Positions 60,286 to 64,000 of a DNA stretch of 64,000 nucleotides are shown piece after piece. Source of the stretch: Lingula anatina (taxonomy: Eukaryota; Animalia; Brachiopoda). The stretch is taken from positions 16,592,651 through 16,656,650 of the forward strand of contig CM120647.1 in the NCBI GenBank assembly GCA_051362555.1. Reading direction: 5' to 3'. The notes under the pieces were generated by a model. The model was not told the origin of the DNA. It worked only from the letters and a program-made list of their open reading frames with translations, and made no database searches. Each line of letters starts with the position of its first letter. Position 1 is the stretch's first letter. Position numbers and translations under genes: made by a program.

Positions 60286-63200
60286 TTATTGTACCACCAG
60301 CGTTAGCGCTGGCGGTACACATGGTTTCGGTCCCGTCCGGATCGTTCCGCCGGCTCCGCCGGACGGCTACCGTTACCACTTCTCCTCCTAGGCGGTAAGG
60401 CCCCCCGTACCCATCTCTTGGATTTAGGTCACCTATAATCTCAACTCGTTCCACGTAAAATTTGGGCTTTGTCGGTATTGGGGTCTGGGTGTGGCACTCA
60501 TTGAAATGCACCCTTGTCCAAAAATGGCAAAATTAAATGCTAATTATCTACCCTACGGAAGGGGTTATGGGAAAAATTTCTACAGACGGCTTTCCAAAAG
60601 TCATATGTGTAGATTTCAAATATGCCCTTGGATTTGACCTTTGACCTTTACTTCAAGGTCAAACGGGGCCAAAATTTTCCAAAAAATTAAATTTTTTACG
60701 AAAAAAATTTTTTTGGCCCTGTTATTCAGACACCACACAGACTTAACCAATAATATTATTGGAAAGTGTTACCCTTCAGGTCATCCTTCATCTCCGTGAA
60801 TTTGGGGTCAATCAGTGCATTTTCACCGGAGTAGCGGCCATAAGATGGTGAAACTGAAAACTGTCTCTAATTCGGGAACCGTTAATGCTAGAGACCCATT
60901 CTTTTTTGCATTTTGTAGAGCATGTAAAGCCCAACACTGGAAGTGGTCTCCGTTTTTTTGTATTCCGTACGGTTTTCAAGTTATGCTGTATCAGAAAGTA
61001 CATATTGGTGGTGAAAGCAAAATGTGCAGTACGGTAATGGATAATAAATTTTGAACTCTGGAAAAATAAAAAATGACATTATTTCATCAAATTTGAACTT
61101 CTGGAACTTCAGAGCACCTCCCATTTCAAGAATTTTGACCAGAATGACCTTTTCTTTATTTTAATTAATTTTTGCTGTAGGAAATTTATGGCACATTAAG
61201 GTAATTCCAAAATTATAACATTTAGTCCCTTATATCTCCAAAACTGGCAGAGATAGGTCCATAGTTACTATTGAAGTTGAATAGGAAGTCATATACTGGC
61301 AATCTTACTGTGACCTTGAAATTGACCTTTGACCTACTTTTCACCATGAACTGAACTTTGCAAATTTTGCTTCCCTTTTATCTCCAAAACTGGCAGAGAT
61401 AGGTCCATAGTTACTATTGAGGTTGAATAGGAAGTCATATACTGGCAATCTAAATGTGACCTTGAAATTGACCTTTGACCTACTTTTCACCATGAATTGA
61501 ACTTTGCAAATTTTGCCTCCCTTTTATCTCCAAAACTGGCAGAGATAGGTCCATAGTTTCTATTGAACTTGAATATGAAGTCATATACTGACAATCTAAA
61601 TGTGACCTTGAAATTGACCTTTGACCTACTTTTCACCTTGAACTGAACTTTGCAAATTTTGCTTCCCTTTTATCTCCAAAACTGGCAGAGATAGGTCCAT
61701 AATTACTATTGAACTTGAATAGGTCGTCACATACTGGCAATCTTACTGTGACCTTGAAATTGACCTTTGACCTACTTTTCATCATGAACTGAACTTTGCA
61801 AATTTTGCTTCCCTTTTATCTCCAAAACTGGCAGAGATAGGTCCATAGTTTCTATTGAAGTTGAATAGGAAGTCATATACTGGCAATCTTACTGTGACCT
61901 TCAAATTGACCTTTGACCTACTTTTCACCATGAATTGAACTTTGCAAATTTTGCTTCCCTTTTATCTCCAAAACTGGCAGAGATAGGTCCATAGTTACTA
62001 TTGAAGTTGAATAGGAAGTCATATACTGGCAATCTAAATGTGACCTTGAAATTGACCTTTGACCTACTTTTCACCATGAATTGAACTTTGCAAATTTTGC
62101 TTCCCTTTTATCTCCAAAACTGGCAGAGATAGGTCCATAGTTACTATTGAAGTTGAATAGGAAGTCATATACTGGCAATCTAAATGTGACCTTAAAATTG
62201 ACCTTTGACCTACTTTTCACCATGAACTGAACTTTGTAAATTTTGCTTCCTTTTTATCTCCAAATTTACGCTGTATCAAAAAGTACATATTGGTGGTGAA
62301 AGCAAAATGTGCAGTACGGTAATGGATAATTAATTTTGAACTCCAGAAAAACAAAACATAAGGCTTGGCAAAGCAGGCAACTTGTGGTCAAAAATGACAT
62401 TGTTTCATCAAATTAGAACATCTGGAACTTCAGAGCACCTCCCATTTCAAGAATTTTGACCAAAATGACCTTTTCTTTATTTTAATTATTTTTTTTCTGT
62501 AGGAAATTTATGGCACATTAAGGTAATTCCAAAATTATAACATTTAGTCCCTTATATCTCCAAAACTGGCAGAGATAGGTCCATAGTTACTATTGAAGTT
62601 GAATAGGAAGTCATATACTGGCAATCTTACTGTGACCTTGAAATTGACCTTTGACCTACTTTTCACCATGAACTGAACTTTGCAAATTTTGCTTCCCTTT
62701 TATCTCCAAAACTGGCAGAGATAGGTCCATAGTTACTATTGAACTTGAATATGAAGTCATATACTGACAATCTAAATGTGACCTTGAAATTGACCTTTGA
62801 CCTACTTTTCACCATGAACTGAACTTTGCAAATTTTGCTTCCCTTTTATCTCCAAAACTGGCAGAGATAGGTCCATAATTACTATTGAACTTGAATAGGA
62901 AGTCATATACTGGCAATCTTACTGTGACCTTGAAATTGACCTTTGACCTACTTTTCATCACATGAACTTTGCAAATTTTGCTTCCCTTTTATCTCCAAAA
63001 CTGGCAGAGATAGGTCCATAGTTACTATTGAGGTTGAATAGGAAGTCATATACTGGCAATCTTACTGTGACCTTGAAATTGACCTTTGACCTACTTTTCA
63101 CCATGAACTGAACTTTGCAAATTTTGCTTCCCTTTTATCTCCAAAACTGGCAGAGATAGGTCCATAGTTACTGTTGTATTGAATAGGAAGTCATACTGGC

Positions 63201-63830
63201 AATCTAAATGTGACCTTGAAATTGACCTTTGACCTACTTTTCACCATGAACTGAACTTTGCAAATTTTGCTTCCCTTTTATCTCCAAATTTACGCTGTAT
63301 CAAAAAGTACATATTGGTGGTGAAAGCAAAATGTGCAGTACGGTAATGGATAATTAATTTTGAACTCCAGAAAAATAAAACATAAGGCTTGGCAAAGCAG
63401 GCAACTTGTGGTCAAAAATGACATTATTTCATCAAATTAGAACATTTGGAACTTCAGAGCACCTCCCATTTCAAGAATTTTGACCAAAATGACCTTTTCT
63501 TTATTTTAATTAATTTTTTTCTGTAGGAAATTTATGGCACATTATGGTAACTGCAAAATTATAACATTTAGTCCCTTATATCTCCAAAACTGGCAGAGAT
63601 AGGTCCATAGTTACTATTGAAGTTGAATAGAATGTCATATACTGACCATTTTTAATTATATTTTTTTGTATATTTTGAGAACTCCTGTTGATTGCATTTT
63701 ATAGAGCTTGTCAAGCACAAGACTGGTGATGGTGTCCCTTTTTGGAGGGGGGGGGGGTCCATACGAATGCGCTTACTCCAGCTGGTGGTACAATATCCGG
63801 AGGCGGTATCGCCTCTCTGATCCTCTAGTT
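60286..63830 (+). mobile_element. Helentron/HINE element (family C) carrying 146-bp satellite arrays
   Basis: subTIRs ATTGTACCACCAGC (60288-60301) / GCTGGTGGTACAAT (63781-63794); 5' palindrome; 3' hairpin GAGGCG-GTAT-CGCCTC (63800-63815); terminal CTAG+TT. Confidence 0.85.
61233..63650 (+). repeat. 146-bp satellite in higher-order arrangement
   Basis: Seven units at 61233-62254, ~290-bp spacer, five units at 62555-63278, spacer, then a partial unit; motif TGACCTTGAAATTGACCTTTGACCT. Confidence 0.95.
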
Positions 63831-64000
63831 AAATTAAATTTTAATTCTGATAACTTTTTTCTGATATCACACTTATGGATGATGGATGAGCCAAAACATT
63901 GATTTTAAGTCTCATTATTTATTTTGTGGGAAGAAAACTGCAACTGATGATATTTTAATTGATTTATTTTACTCTAAATTTGCAGTCAAAATATTTAATT

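Overview
AT-rich, intron-containing animal genomic DNA (invertebrate; the repeat landscape looks lophotrochozoan/mollusc-like, which is inference). I reconstructed four spliced protein-coding loci by hand from GT-AG junctions. (1) The 3' part of a UBTF/UBF1-like multi-HMG-box nucleolar factor (+, 680-5078). (2) A 5'-truncated MOV10-like helicase carrying an in-frame TGA (+, 14153-17420). (3) A complete CLCC1-like ER membrane protein (-, 38274-35913). (4) A DENND3-like DENN/WD40 Rab GEF (+, from 41695, running off the window). Helentron/HINE-type elements, hAT-like elements/MITEs, tRNA-derived units and microsatellites fill the introns and intergenic space. The most unusual region is about 21.5-28.4 kb. 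It has a TATA+Inr promoter followed by an apparently non-coding, roughly 17-exon unit built from tandem modules: ten ~132-bp exon+intron units with canonical splice signals, arrays of 52-nt and 70-nt hairpin-forming repeats, and a dense downstream cluster of long stem-loops. This unit lies in a ~20-kb block (13.4-33.4 kb) bounded by complementary half-elements of one HINE family, with a gene tail at one end and an orphan gene head at the other, which suggests a transposed or duplicated cargo. All calls are by eye; no database searches or folding computations were run.
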